The notes beneath the pieces were generated by a model. That model saw only the letters and a program-made list of their open reading frames with translations. It ran no database searches and had not been told where the DNA came from. From positions 1 through 13,603 of the forward strand of contig NW_021826113.1 in assembly GCF_006345805.1 (NCBI RefSeq): a DNA stretch of 13,603 nt. The letters run 5' to 3'. Both the position numbers and the translations under genes were made by a program. Positions 1-9,790 of the stretch are shown one piece after another. Position 1 is the stretch's first letter, and the number at the start of each line of letters is the position of its first letter. The stretch is from Octopus sinensis. Lineage: Eukaryota.

Positions 1-149
1 CCCCGCCACCTAGTGGTGCGGCAAAAGAGACCGATAGAGATAAGTACTGGACTTACAAAGAATTATCCTGGGGTCGATTTGCTCGATTAAAGGCGGTGCC
101 CCAGTATGGCCGCAATCAAAATGACTGAAACAAGTAAATGAGTAAAGAG
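1..149 (+). mobile_element. 3' part of a tRNA-derived SINE (tail type T1), cut by the window start
   Basis: Contains ataagtac...ctggggtcgat...ggcggtgccccagtatggccgc...tgactgaaacaagtaaatgagtaaagag. The same tail recurs at about 1036-1093 (+), 7210-7300 (-), 10341-10390 (-) and 11870-11925 (+). Confidence 0.8.
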
Positions 150-156
150 TGTATCG

Positions 157-270
157 TATTATATTATATATTATATTATATCATATTATTTTATATTATA
201 TAATATATATATAAATATATTTATGTATATGTGTGCATGTATGTATGTGTATATATGTATATATTTATAT
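157..270. repeat. (TATAT)n / (TA)n / (TATG)n low-complexity tract
   Basis: Read directly from the sequence. Confidence 0.9.
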
Positions 271-674
271 GCAGCAGAGGATTTATCCAAAGACGAATTA
301 CGAAACCGATTACTATATCCATCTTCATTTCTTCTGAAAGGTATTAATAATGAATCTATACATCATCTTTTTGGCCTTCATAGACCTCTGTGCAGATTGT
401 AACGTATTTCTTGTGATGCAGACGCCAGCAGACATCACTAAATATATTGTTTGCTGAATACCACAAACAGTGCCACTAATCTTGAGTAGTTTTATTGTCT
501 TTCAACGAAGAGACACAACCAGATTACAACATCGGTTTTAGAAGGGATGCTGCATCTAAAAATAATAGGTTTTGCTTGATGACCGCACACAACGGCGACA
601 AACCAGCGAGAACATATTAAAAACGAATATCTCACCTTTTTCATTTTCCATTGTTTTCCGTGCATATGAATATA

Positions 675-766
675 TGTGTGTGTGTGTGTATGTATGTGTG
701 TGTGCGTGTATGTGTGTGTGTGTATGTATGTGTGTGTGCGTGTATGTGTGTGTGTGGGGGGGGGGG
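675..766. repeat. (TG)n compound microsatellite with a 34-bp tandem duplication, ending in G11
   Basis: 677-710 and 711-744 are identical, (TG)6-TA-TGTA-(TG)5-CGTGTA. G-run at 756-766. Confidence 0.95.
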
Positions 767-964
767 TACACTTTATTATTAAAGCTACAAAAACGTCACA
801 AAAATGCCACAAAAAAACTGCTATCCAAGCTCACGTTCCTGTTCGCAGGATGGCTGTGATTTTTGTGATATTTTTACAGCTTTAATATTAAAACATATTA
901 CTCTACCTCTGGAAATTCTTTACATGTCTATCTAACATGTAAAACTGTATGAATCCTATTACAG

Positions 965-1093
965 AAGGCGAGCTGGCTGAAACATCGAGGTCCCTGTCAA
1001 TTATCTTTTTGTAAACGCTTGATAAACATGTAAATGGCGGTGCCCCAGCATGGCCAAAACTCGTGAGCTGAAACTAGATGAAATAAAATAAAA
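965..1093 (+). mobile_element. Degenerate, internally deleted SINE (ggcgagctggc-type head plus T1 tail)
   Basis: Starts aaggcgagctggctgaaac, like the head of the 2467-2682 copy. Carries ggcggtgccccagcatggcc at 1036-1055 and ends gaaactagatgaaataaaataaaa. Confidence 0.6.
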
Positions 1094-1201
1094 ATGTACC
1101 TTGCCTGAAAGTATTGGGTAATCTTTCTGTTAAATGTTAAATCCTTCTGATATATACATTGCCATAAATTAACTTAGACATAAATTGTCATTAATTTATA
1201 G

Positions 1202-1263
1202 ATGTGTGTGTGTGCGTACATATGTGTGTGCGTACATATGTATGTGTGTGTGCTTGTGTGTGT
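1202..1263. repeat. Imperfect (TG)n microsatellite
   Basis: Read directly from the sequence; it abuts the SINE head at 1264. Confidence 0.9.
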
Positions 1264-1518
1264 GGAGGCGCGTGGCTTAGTGGTTAAAGTCTCAGCACCA
1301 TGATCGTAAGATAGTGGTTTCGATTCCTGGCCCGGGCGACGCGTTGTGTTCATTTCACCCTTCATTTCACGTTACTCCAGTCCACTCAGCTGGCAAGAAT
1401 GATTAACGATGCGATGGACTGGTGTCACGTCCAGGTGGGGAACACATACGCCATTGAAACCGAAAAACCGAACCCATGAGCCTGGTTAGGCTTTAAAAGG
1501 GCGCATTTATTTTATTTA
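1264..1518 (+). mobile_element. Near full-length tRNA-derived SINE (CORE-like body, tail type T2)
   Basis: A box TGGCTTAGTGG at 1273-1283 and B-box-like GGTTTCGATTCC at 1316-1327. Body gttgtgtt...atttcacgttactccagtccactcagctgg. Tail gcgatggactggtgtcacgtccaggtggggaacacatacgcc...gaaaccgaaaaaccgaacccatgag...aaaagggcgcat is shared with the 7501 and 9791 copies. Confidence 0.85.
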
Positions 1519-1610
1519 TGTGTGTGTGTGTGTGTGTTTGTGAGTGCGTGCATATATATATATATATATACATACACACATACACACTGAGACAGACAGA
1601 CAGATATATG

Positions 1611-1649
<39 letters not shown>

Positions 1650-1687
1650 CTATATATATATACATATATATGTGTACGTATGTATGC

Positions 1688-1742
<55 letters not shown>
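1519..1742. repeat. Compound (TG)n/(TA)n/(GACA)n microsatellite
   Basis: Read directly from the sequence; it explains the overlapping HT/VC/IY ORFs. Confidence 0.95.
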
Positions 1743-1744
<2 letters not shown>

Positions 1745-2424
1745 AACACATTCATACGTGCGCAAAAGGTATGAATAAAGAGGGAAATTGGGACGAATTG
1801 AGAGATATATGCATGCAAATGGAGTTCAGAAACAAACACTTGCTTTTCACCCATTTTAAGAATTTATGCGCATGCCCAGAAACTGGCACACTCGCTTTTA
1901 TACATACACGGGTTTGTACACGTGTGTTTTATGTCTGAATGTATGTATGTATGGATGTACATCATTAGACCCTCTCTTTTCAAATACGTTCACATATATA
2001 TTCATATAGAAAACCATAAAATTTCTAAGATTTTTTAAAATTATATCCAATTTTCAAACAACAATTTATTGCTCATTCTTTTTCGATTTTGCATTTTATG
2101 AAATCTTGTTTTTTTCTTTCCTTGTCAATAATTTTCCTGATTTCTTCCTTAAAATAATAAAATCAAAATCGAGACAATCTCTTCTTATTGATTTTAAACA
2201 TAAAAAAGTTTTTGGTAATTAAATTTCTTATCGTTTCCTTCTTGTTACGATCTTCAAAACGCGACACAAAATCTGCTTAAAGAAATGAGAAAGACGCCAG
2301 AGAAGTCATTAGATTGTCGAAGAATGGGATTTCCATCAGAATAATGACTGTTCAATTGGAAACTTTTAAATCCGCTCTTTCTTACTGTCATTTTACGCTG
2401 AATATCTTAACAGTCCACTCATTT

Positions 2425-2463
<39 letters not shown>
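2425..2463. repeat. (GTA)13 microsatellite
   Basis: 13 perfect units; produces the poly-Val in ORF 2314..2559. Confidence 0.95.
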
Positions 2464-2466
2464 AAG

Positions 2467-2680
2467 TTTTCAAATTTTGGCACCAGGTTAGCAGGTTTGG
2501 AGAGATGGAGTAAGACAATTCCATCGATCCCAGTACAACACGACTGGTACTTATTTTAACGATCCCGAAAGGATGAAAGGCATACTCGACGTTGGCGGAA
2601 TTTGAACTCAGAACGTAAAGACGGACGAAATGCCGCTTAGCATATTTTTCTGAGCTAACAATTTTGCCAGCTCGCCGCGT

Positions 2681-2682
<2 letters not shown>
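2467..2682 (-). mobile_element. tRNA-derived SINE with a conserved central domain
   Basis: On the minus strand: head gcggcgagctggcaaaattgttagc and B-box-like GAGTTCAAATTCC (2597-2609). The core gcctttcatcctttcgggatcgttaaaataagtacc (2546-2581) resembles, from memory, a central motif of other metazoan SINEs (Sauria/Nin/Deu-like). Ends gtgccaaaatttgaaaa. Confidence 0.8.

Positions 2683-2760
<78 letters not shown>
2683..2760. repeat. (AAT)26 perfect microsatellite
   Basis: 78 bp of perfect AAT units. Confidence 0.97.
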
Positions 2761-3262
2761 TCAAACTGACAGAACGATAGATGCGAATAGGCGAGACATC
2801 ATATTGAAAGACTGTCTTAATCGATATAAACGTATCTGTCAAGACCTACCAAAAAACTGAGCAAATATAAAGATCTTGAAATAGAAATCAGCAAAATGTG
2901 GAACCTGAAGACTAAAACAATACATGTTGTCATAGGTGCCCTAGGAATGATAGCAAAAGGGGCTGATTGCTACCTAACTTAGATACCAGGAAGCCCCAAA
3001 ATGGTAGAAATTCAAAAGATAGTGCTCATCAGCACTGCTCATATCCTACGCAAAATATTTTCGATGTAATCTCAAGTTTTAAAGCAAATATAATTTGCGT
3101 ATGGTTTTTTAGAAATTCACTAGTACAACACTAAGTACAAAACCAAATATATGGCACCCTAGGCATAACACCAACATGAACTTCCAGCTTGTTGTCTCTT
3201 GCGGTCTCTGGGTGAGACTTGGAGCCAGCTTCTACAAATGTAAAGCAAAAGTCAAACATAGA
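2761..3262 (+). mobile_element. 5'-truncated non-LTR retrotransposon, R4/Dong-like, with a restriction-like (PD-(D/E)xK) endonuclease remnant and 3' UTR
   Basis: Manual translation across frameshifts: QTDRTIDANRRDIILKD-CL/IDINVSVKTYQK/LSKYKDLEIEISKMWNLKTKTIHVVIGALGMIAKGADCYLT*IPGSPKMVEIQKIVLISTAHILRKIFSM* (stop 3067-3069). This matches the RLE motifs NRPDI, KYxDL, VVIGALG and TAHILRK. Extra A in the 2851-2856 run and an internal TAG at 2980-2982. Followed by (AAT)n at about 3262-3279. Confidence 0.9.
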
Positions 3263-3280
3263 ATGATAATAATAATAATG

Positions 3281-3785
3281 CCAGACTGCGGCTCTTATGG
3301 CTTCTGATCTTAACGGATTGGAAGTGTTATCCTATGCACGTTTTGTCTTAGTATAAAAAGATGGGTTACACTAAATATTCTGATCAATACCAAAGATTAG
3401 CTTGTCAGTTGCTTGACCTTAACCAATTGACCATGTCCTTAAGAGGTTGACGATATATGCATCTCTGACCACGAACAGAAGTAGTGGGGGAGCATCATAG
3501 CCATGTGTTGGGAGAAATTCTTTGCGGATTGAATAATTTACCTCTCGGAATATGGGTATTTTGTTCATCATCCTTTAAAAAACCCTCATTCAGAGACCTT
3601 TTCAGCGGGAAGAGCTACAGCACAAAATTGTAACTGGGCACCACCTGCAATGTCATGAGCTGTTTACCTTCATCCATATAAGGTTGCAATGCATGTGCCT
3701 GGTGTACCCTTATTAGACGTGTAGTCATGTTGGCTATATTGGGCTTCGTATATTTGTGCCCCAGTGTCACGTTGATGGCAGGTAT
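3281..3785. mobile_element. Unclassified degenerate interspersed repeat
   Basis: A relatively GC-rich, complex block bounded by TAA arrays. It resembles a high-copy octopus repeat as I remember it. All frames I translated contain stops and no recognisable domain. Confidence 0.35.
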
Positions 3786-3804
3786 TTCTATTCATTAAAT
3801 TTTC

Positions 3805-3866
3805 TAATAATTCAATAAATAATAATATAATATAATAATAATAATAATATCATACTAATAATAATA

Positions 3867-3901
<35 letters not shown>

Positions 3902-3974
3902 TAATAATAATAATAAATTATTATAATAATATAATAATACAATAATAATAATAATAATAATAATAATTAATAAT
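3805..3974. repeat. Imperfect (TAA)n microsatellite
   Basis: Read directly from the sequence. Confidence 0.95.
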
Positions 3975-4095
3975 CCTTTCTACTAAAGGTACAAAATATC
4001 TTTATCTTATTTCTACTTTCATTCTCTAATTCCCCTCTATATTCCCTATTTCCTCCTCGTCGACAATAATTGGAACTCAAATATTTTCTCAAACC

Positions 4096-4143
4096 GTCTC
4101 TGATGAAAGGATATGCAGAATATCTCAGAAACAGCTGTAAGAC
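4096..4143 (+). ncRNA. Minimal type I hammerhead ribozyme motif (Penelope-associated type)
   Basis: Helix I GTCT (4096-99)/AGAC (4140-43); core CTGATGA (4100-06); helix II GATAT (4110-14)/ATATC (4120-24) with loop GCAGA; GAAA (4128-31); palindromic helix III CAGCTG (4132-37); GUA cleavage triplet (4137-39). Confidence 0.8.
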
Positions 4144-4362
4144 TATTTCATTGTAAATGTCCAGATAAATCCTCAGTGCTTTAGCTTTGTTATCTCATTC
4201 TGTTTAATATATATGTATTCATGCTAATACAAAACACACACTAGACTCCTCTCTCGTATCATTATCGAAACAAGAGTTTAACTATGGTCTGTCCATACCA
4301 TCCATACCACTTACTTAGTGGTACCTGACACTCTTTGGGTCTTCTAGATACCAATACCTCTC

Positions 4363-4364
<2 letters not shown>

Positions 4365-4396
<32 letters not shown>

Positions 4397-4408
4397 ACAC
4401 ATACACAC

Positions 4409-4444
<36 letters not shown>

Positions 4445-4501
4445 GTATAGATATATATATATAAATATATATATATACACACACACACACATATATATAT
4501 G

Positions 4502-4532
<31 letters not shown>

Positions 4533-4620
4533 TGTATATATATATATATGTATATATATAATATATATATATTATAAATATATGTGTATGTATGTATGTA
4601 TGTATGTATGTATATATGTA
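4365..4620. repeat. Compound (TA)n/(CA)n/(TATG)n microsatellite
   Basis: Read directly from the sequence. Confidence 0.95.
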
Positions 4621-4673
4621 TTAGTTCTAGTTCTAAAATCTCTCAAAGAGATCATCGCAGTAGTTATACTGAC

Positions 4674-4985
4674 AAGTAATATTCGTAGCCACTTTAACAT
4701 GGCTGTCCGTTCGTGCGGACTCTACTGCGATTGTTTTAACCCCAAGAGGACATCTCTCCTAGCTGGGTAACGATGCACAGATGCATCCGATAAAATTGCT
4801 ACCATCGCCAATCGACGGGACCAGTAGACCAGTCCTGTTTTCGGACTATTTATGACACACTTCAAGAGTCGCCCCTCCTGCTCGCAATTGTATCGGATGC
4901 AGCTGTACATTGTTAACCATTAAAAGAATCGCAGTAGACTCTGCTCGAACGGTCAGCCATGTTAAAGTGGCTACAAATATTACTT
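4674..4985. mobile_element. Fold-back / MITE-like element with about 100-bp inverted arms
   Basis: Outer arms 4674-4739 and 4920-4985 are 60/66 identical as an inverted repeat. Inner arms 4764-4799 and 4884-4919 are 31/36. The left arm carries an extra 24 bp (4740-4763). Spacer is 84 bp. No clear TSD. Confidence 0.8.
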
Positions 4986-5225
4986 ATATATATGTTATTA
5001 TATGAAAATATCATCAAAAATTATTATCAATTTAAAATACTTCCAGAATTGTTCAAGAGTCTACATTTTTTTGCTTAGACTTTTGGGCAATTCCTGTACT
5101 TTTCCCAACCAATAATATATTATGCTGGATACTTTCTACTCCATAGTCGCCGTTTCTGTCAAAGAATTTTATGCTATATAAACATCATTTATCTTCACAC
5201 TTAGCACTCACTGTTGTACTGACAT

Positions 5226-5249
5226 AGAGACAGACAGAGAGATAGACGA

Positions 5250-5292
<43 letters not shown>

Positions 5293-5337
5293 GAGAGTGA
5301 GAAAGTGAGAGAGAGAGAAAGAGAGAGAGACAGAAAG
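5226..5337. repeat. Imperfect (GA)n microsatellite
   Basis: Read directly from the sequence. Confidence 0.95.
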
Positions 5338-6437
5338 CTACGATAATTGCAGTGCCATTTATTGTTAGTTACTATGCATAATCCACTGCAGAAAATTACA
5401 GTCTATACTTGAAAACATAAACTTTAAAAAAATAAAATGAAATGCAAAATATAATAGATGAAAAAATTGAATAAATAAATCTTTCGCAAAAATAAAACAA
5501 ATTATAGTAAACGTTAACCAAATGCATATAAACGTAAATTATATATGGCATGCTACCGTTTTTTAATATATATATATATATATATATTAGGTTCTCTTGT
5601 TTACTGCGTAATTATTTTGAAAATATATATTTTTGTTTTTCATTACAAGCATAAATTTTTAATTACTTTTTTTTTTCAATTTTTTTCTATTTCTGTGCGT
5701 CGCTCTATTTTGTTTTATATAATACTTTTTCACCTATCTCTATAGCTTATTTTTCTGAAGTAAATTACTTTATAATCCCTCTTGAAGTAATTATTTTAAA
5801 ATAACAATGGAAACCGCCTTTATGTGAATGGGATTATAATAGAAGACTAGGTCTATCAAATAGTTATTTTTTTTATCACGTTACATTATTGGAATAGATA
5901 TGCCAATAACTTATCTACCCCACGCCATCCACATCTCTGTGTTTGAATTTTTTGTTTGATGGTTTTAACTGTTTTAACACGCATAGAAAATTTACATGTT
6001 ACCATTCCTTTTAAAAAATCGTTTACCATTGACAATCTTTTATATAAATTATCAGAGTCTTCTTAAACATGCTCCTATCTTTAATGCTCTTTAGTAAATG
6101 CAAATACTTCGTAACATCACATTTTCACGCACATAAAGAGAATTATTGCTGTTTTTCCTCTTTTTTTAATGTTGTGTCACATTCTGGAATGAACAAAAGT
6201 GTTATTAATATTAGTAACTATTGATTTGCAACTTAACTAAGGTTTACTCTAACGCTGCAATTTAATCACTTATATAAACTTATTTAAATAGAAAACCTTT
6301 TAGAGACTTTATCGTAACATTTTCAATGTAGTTTCACACTCCACCATAACAGTTTCCAACAAATTGGTTGCCACGGTGTGTATGGAATGAATTATAACGA
6401 AACGCGTCAATAGCTTTCCAAAACAAAATATTGTTTG

Positions 6438-6787
6438 GGATCTTTACTTTTGACATACAGATTTCAAAAATAATTTTTCGTAACTAAACACTTTCAAGCT
6501 TCAGACACTGGTAGAATGCGTCATATAAAACATCTTTTACTTAATACGTTTACTTAACATCTTTTAACATATTTGAGCAAAACTTATATTTACGAAGTTA
6601 TTTCACCTTAAAGTTCTCGTATTTCGGTAATTTCAACCAATCAATGACGTGTATTCAGCTGAATAGAATTACTGCTGTTGTTTGTTAAAAAGAGCTTCCG
6701 GCGGTGTATATTTCGTTTGTCACTCTTTGAAAGTGTTTAGTTACAAAAAATTATTTTTTAAATCTGTAGATCAAAAGGTAAAGATCC
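6438..6787. mobile_element. Mutator-like (MULE) MITE, 350 bp
   Basis: TIRs 6438-6497 and 6727-6787 begin GGATCTTTAC and differ by 4 substitutions and 1 indel. A perfect 9-bp direct repeat TATTGTTTG flanks them at 6429-6437 and 6788-6796. A 9-bp TSD with long G-starting TIRs is typical of Mutator elements. Confidence 0.88.
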
Positions 6788-6802
6788 TATTGTTTGAGCC
6801 TT

Positions 6803-6882
6803 TGTGTGTCTGTGTGTCTTTGTGTTTATGTGTCTGTGTGTGTATGTGTGCGCGGGTATGCGTATCTATGTGCGTCTGCGTG

Positions 6883-6944
<62 letters not shown>

Positions 6945-6952
6945 GTGTGTGT
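6803..6952. repeat. (TG)n microsatellite
   Basis: Read directly from the sequence. Confidence 0.95.
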
Positions 6953-7209
6953 TCTATAGACATTCGCACAGACTCGCAGCACTATTTTTCAATTACCGAA
7001 CATCGGTGAACATGAGCATAGATTACATAATCCTTTACCCAAGATGCTGCGGAGTAAGATATGAATAGAAACCATGTTAATGCGAAGACATGTCTTACGA
7101 ACTGAAATAGCTGCAAATAAAATCGGATATTCATTGCTGGATCAGCATAAGTCGCTGAACTAGCAGGAAAAAACAACGCTAAATTTTACCTATCCTATAT
7201 ATTTTTTTA

Positions 7210-7432
7210 TTCTTATATTCTTTTACTATTTTACTTCTTTCAGTCACTGTGAATCCGACAGAGCTGGGGCACCGAACAAATTGAGCCGAGTACTTCTTTT
7301 TTTTAACGTCTAGTACTTATTCTATCTGTTACGTTTGCCGCTAAGTTTCGGGAATATATATATATATATATACCAACACCGGATGTCAAACAGTAATGGG
7401 AGGACAAACACAGACACAAAGACACACACAGA
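7210..7432 (-). mobile_element. 3' half of a T1-tail SINE, degenerate
   Basis: Reverse-complement homolog of 1-149 (tttcagtca...ggggcaccg...tagtacttattctatc...tttgccgctaag), continuing into gacaaacacagacac. Internal (TA)n expansion near 7355-7372. Confidence 0.7.
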
Positions 7433-7446
7433 TATATATGCACATA

Positions 7447-7500
7447 TATGTGTGTGTGTGTGTGTGTGTTGTGTGTCTGTGTGTATGTGAGTGTGTGTAT
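7447..7500. repeat. (TG)n microsatellite
   Basis: Read directly from the sequence. Confidence 0.9.
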
Positions 7501-7840
7501 GGAGGCGCAATGGACCTGTGGTTAGGGCAGCGGACTTGCGATCGGAGGAACGAGGTTTCGATTCCCAGACCGGGCGTTGTGTGTGTTTTTTGAGAGAAAA
7601 CACCTAAAGCTTCACGAGGCTCCGGCAGGAAGCGGTGACGATCCCTGTTATACTCGTTCGCCCCAACTTTCTCTAACTCTTTCCTCCTGTTTCTTGAGTA
7701 ACGCTGCGATGGACGCCAGCCTTACTCAAGTTTCTACGGCGTATGAGACCCCCCGCCCAGCTGGACGGGGGGAACACCTACACCATAGAAACCGGGAAAC
7801 CGGGCCGATGAGACTGGCTACGCATGAAAAAGGGCCCATA
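7501..7840 (+). mobile_element. tRNA-derived SINE (T2 tail) with an inverted rearrangement in the tail
   Basis: A-box-like TGGACCTGTGG at 7511-7521 and B-box-like GGTTTCGATTCC at 7554-7565. The body ggctccggcag...caactttctct-actctttcctcctg is shared with the 9791 copy. The tail gaaaccgggaaaccgggcc-atgag...aaaagggcccat is shared with the 1264 copy. Confidence 0.85.
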
Positions 7841-7950
7841 TAATATATATATATGTGTGTGTGTGTATGTATGTATGTATATATAATGTTATAATGTATG
7901 TCTGCATATATACGTATATGTGTGTGTGTTTGTGCGTGTGCATATTATAT
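7841..7950. repeat. (TA)/(TG)/(TATG) compound low-complexity tract
   Basis: Read directly from the sequence. Confidence 0.85.
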
Positions 7951-8210
7951 ATCCTCTCAATATCACATATCCTACCGGCTCAGCGTAATTTTAATTACTC
8001 GATGTACGTCAAGTTTTAGACGTCAATTTTAATACATTTAGAAGGAAATGGCATCAAATTTGTATTCCCTAAAGACTTTAATGACATTCTTCAAATTGGT
8101 TCGATTGATTAGTTTGATTACAGTTGTTAATTTGTTGTTAATAGCTTCAAGTTCTCCAAGACTCATGGCTGCGGGCAACACACCACACATGCTCCACAAC
8201 ATGCATATGT

Positions 8211-8427
8211 AATATATATATATATATATATATATATTTAGGAGAGAGTTAAAACATATATGCTATATATTTATATGAATATATTATATATATATATATA
8301 TATTTAGGAGAGAGTTAAATACATATATGCTATATATATTTATATGATATATAATATAATATATATATATTATATTAATATATATATATAATTATATATA
8401 TATATATATAGGAGAGTTATACATATA

Positions 8428-8514
<87 letters not shown>

Positions 8515-8515
8515 A

Positions 8516-8549
<34 letters not shown>
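8211..8549. repeat. (TA)n array containing three copies of a GGAGAG(AG)TTA..ACATATAT unit
   Basis: Unit cores start at 8241, 8307 and 8411. Confidence 0.9.
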
Positions 8550-8641
8550 CATACATTATTCATTCATATATGGATAGAAAGAAAGATGTATATTGTATGT
8601 TTGTGAGCATTGATGTGTATATATGCATGTGCCTCTCTGTG

Positions 8642-8759
8642 GAGTGAGTGAGTGAGTAAGTGAGTGAGTGAGTGAGTGAGTGAGTGAGTGAGTGAGTGAG
8701 TGAGTGAGTGAGTGAGTGAGTGAGTGAGTTAGTGAGTGGGTGGGTGGGTGAGAGAGAGA
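8642..8759. repeat. (GAGT)n tetranucleotide microsatellite grading into (GGGT)n and (GA)n
   Basis: Read directly from the sequence; produces the THSL repeats in ORF 8556..8810. Confidence 0.97.
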
Positions 8760-9560
8760 ACGTCTGTGTCTATTCGTATTCTTTTTAATACTGACTTTCC
8801 GATTCTTCATTCAGATAAATTCGTAATATATTACTGATTGTTGCTTCCTTGTAAACAATTATCAGATCAAATGGAAGCAATGAGGTAATGCACTTAAAGA
8901 TAATTCTGAACGAATTTATACTGATCTCATGAAGAAAAGAATATAAGAATGCTCAAAATTATATAAACATTATGTTTTTGATCGTCCTTCCATATGAGAC
9001 TGCAGTAATATCTTGCTCAAATTATTTATATTTCACGATATAGTCGAGGAACAATAGCACTGGTAGGTACATGTTTCAAAGGGGACAACTGAGGCCTACG
9101 GAGCCATTCACTGCTCTATTACCGATTTGACGACGAGCCAAGGCGTTCCCTATATCTTAGTGCAACGTAACCGTTTGCAAGAGACCTACTTTGTTCGAAA
9201 AAACTTTAGTGGTTCTTTGGACGTTTCTGTTTTTCTCTCTGGTACATATAACTGAATACACTTGCACACACACACACATGCAGACTACCACAATAATACA
9301 CGAATACACGCATCATGTGTCCGAATCCTATCTCTTAACCAAATTTCCTTGGCAAAATTTGGTCAACAGAAAACTATAATACAAGAATCTTGCTATGCTA
9401 CCGAACTGGAGAAGCAGAGCACATGTCTGCGAAGTAACCTGCTTAATTATAGGCTCTCCAAATCGATAGTCAGGACTAATAATACTCATATAAGTGAGAT
9501 ATTTCTCTGGGTGTGATTACCCCGTTTTATTTTCTCGAATCCTATACAACATCCTTCTAT

Positions 9561-9790
9561 CATACATACATACATACATACATACACACATACATACATA
9601 CATACATAAATACAAACACATACATACATACATACATACATACATACATACATACATACATACATACATACATGCATGCATACATACACACACACGCGTA
9701 CATATACGCATACATATATATATATATACACATATACATATACACATATATATATACATATACATACATATATGTATGTGTGTGTGTGTG
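9561..9790. repeat. (CATA)n / (TA)n / (TG)n compound microsatellite
   Basis: Read directly from the sequence. Confidence 0.95.

Noticed and set aside
275-341. Possible small plus-strand exon (GCAG|...AAG|GTATTA; AEDLSKDELRNRLLYPSSFSSE)
   Set aside because: The acceptor has no real polypyrimidine tract, the peptide is unrecognised and there are no partner exons. Spliced RNA reads would be needed.
7085-7096. 12-bp palindrome AAGACATGTCTT containing a p53-like half-site
   Set aside because: Only one half-site, and a palindrome this long can occur by chance in 13.6 kb.
6982-7176. 64-aa hydrophobic ORF on the minus strand
   Set aside because: Non-ATG start, no recognisable domain, and hydrophobic bias is expected from T-rich DNA.
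8038-8202. 54-aa minus-strand ORF (MLWSMCGVLPAAMSLGELEAINNKLTTVIKLINRTNLKNVIKVFREYKFDAISF) with a possible acceptor at 8169-8170
   Set aside because: Short, N/K/I/L-rich as expected for AT-rich sequence, weak splice context and no homology I can recognise.
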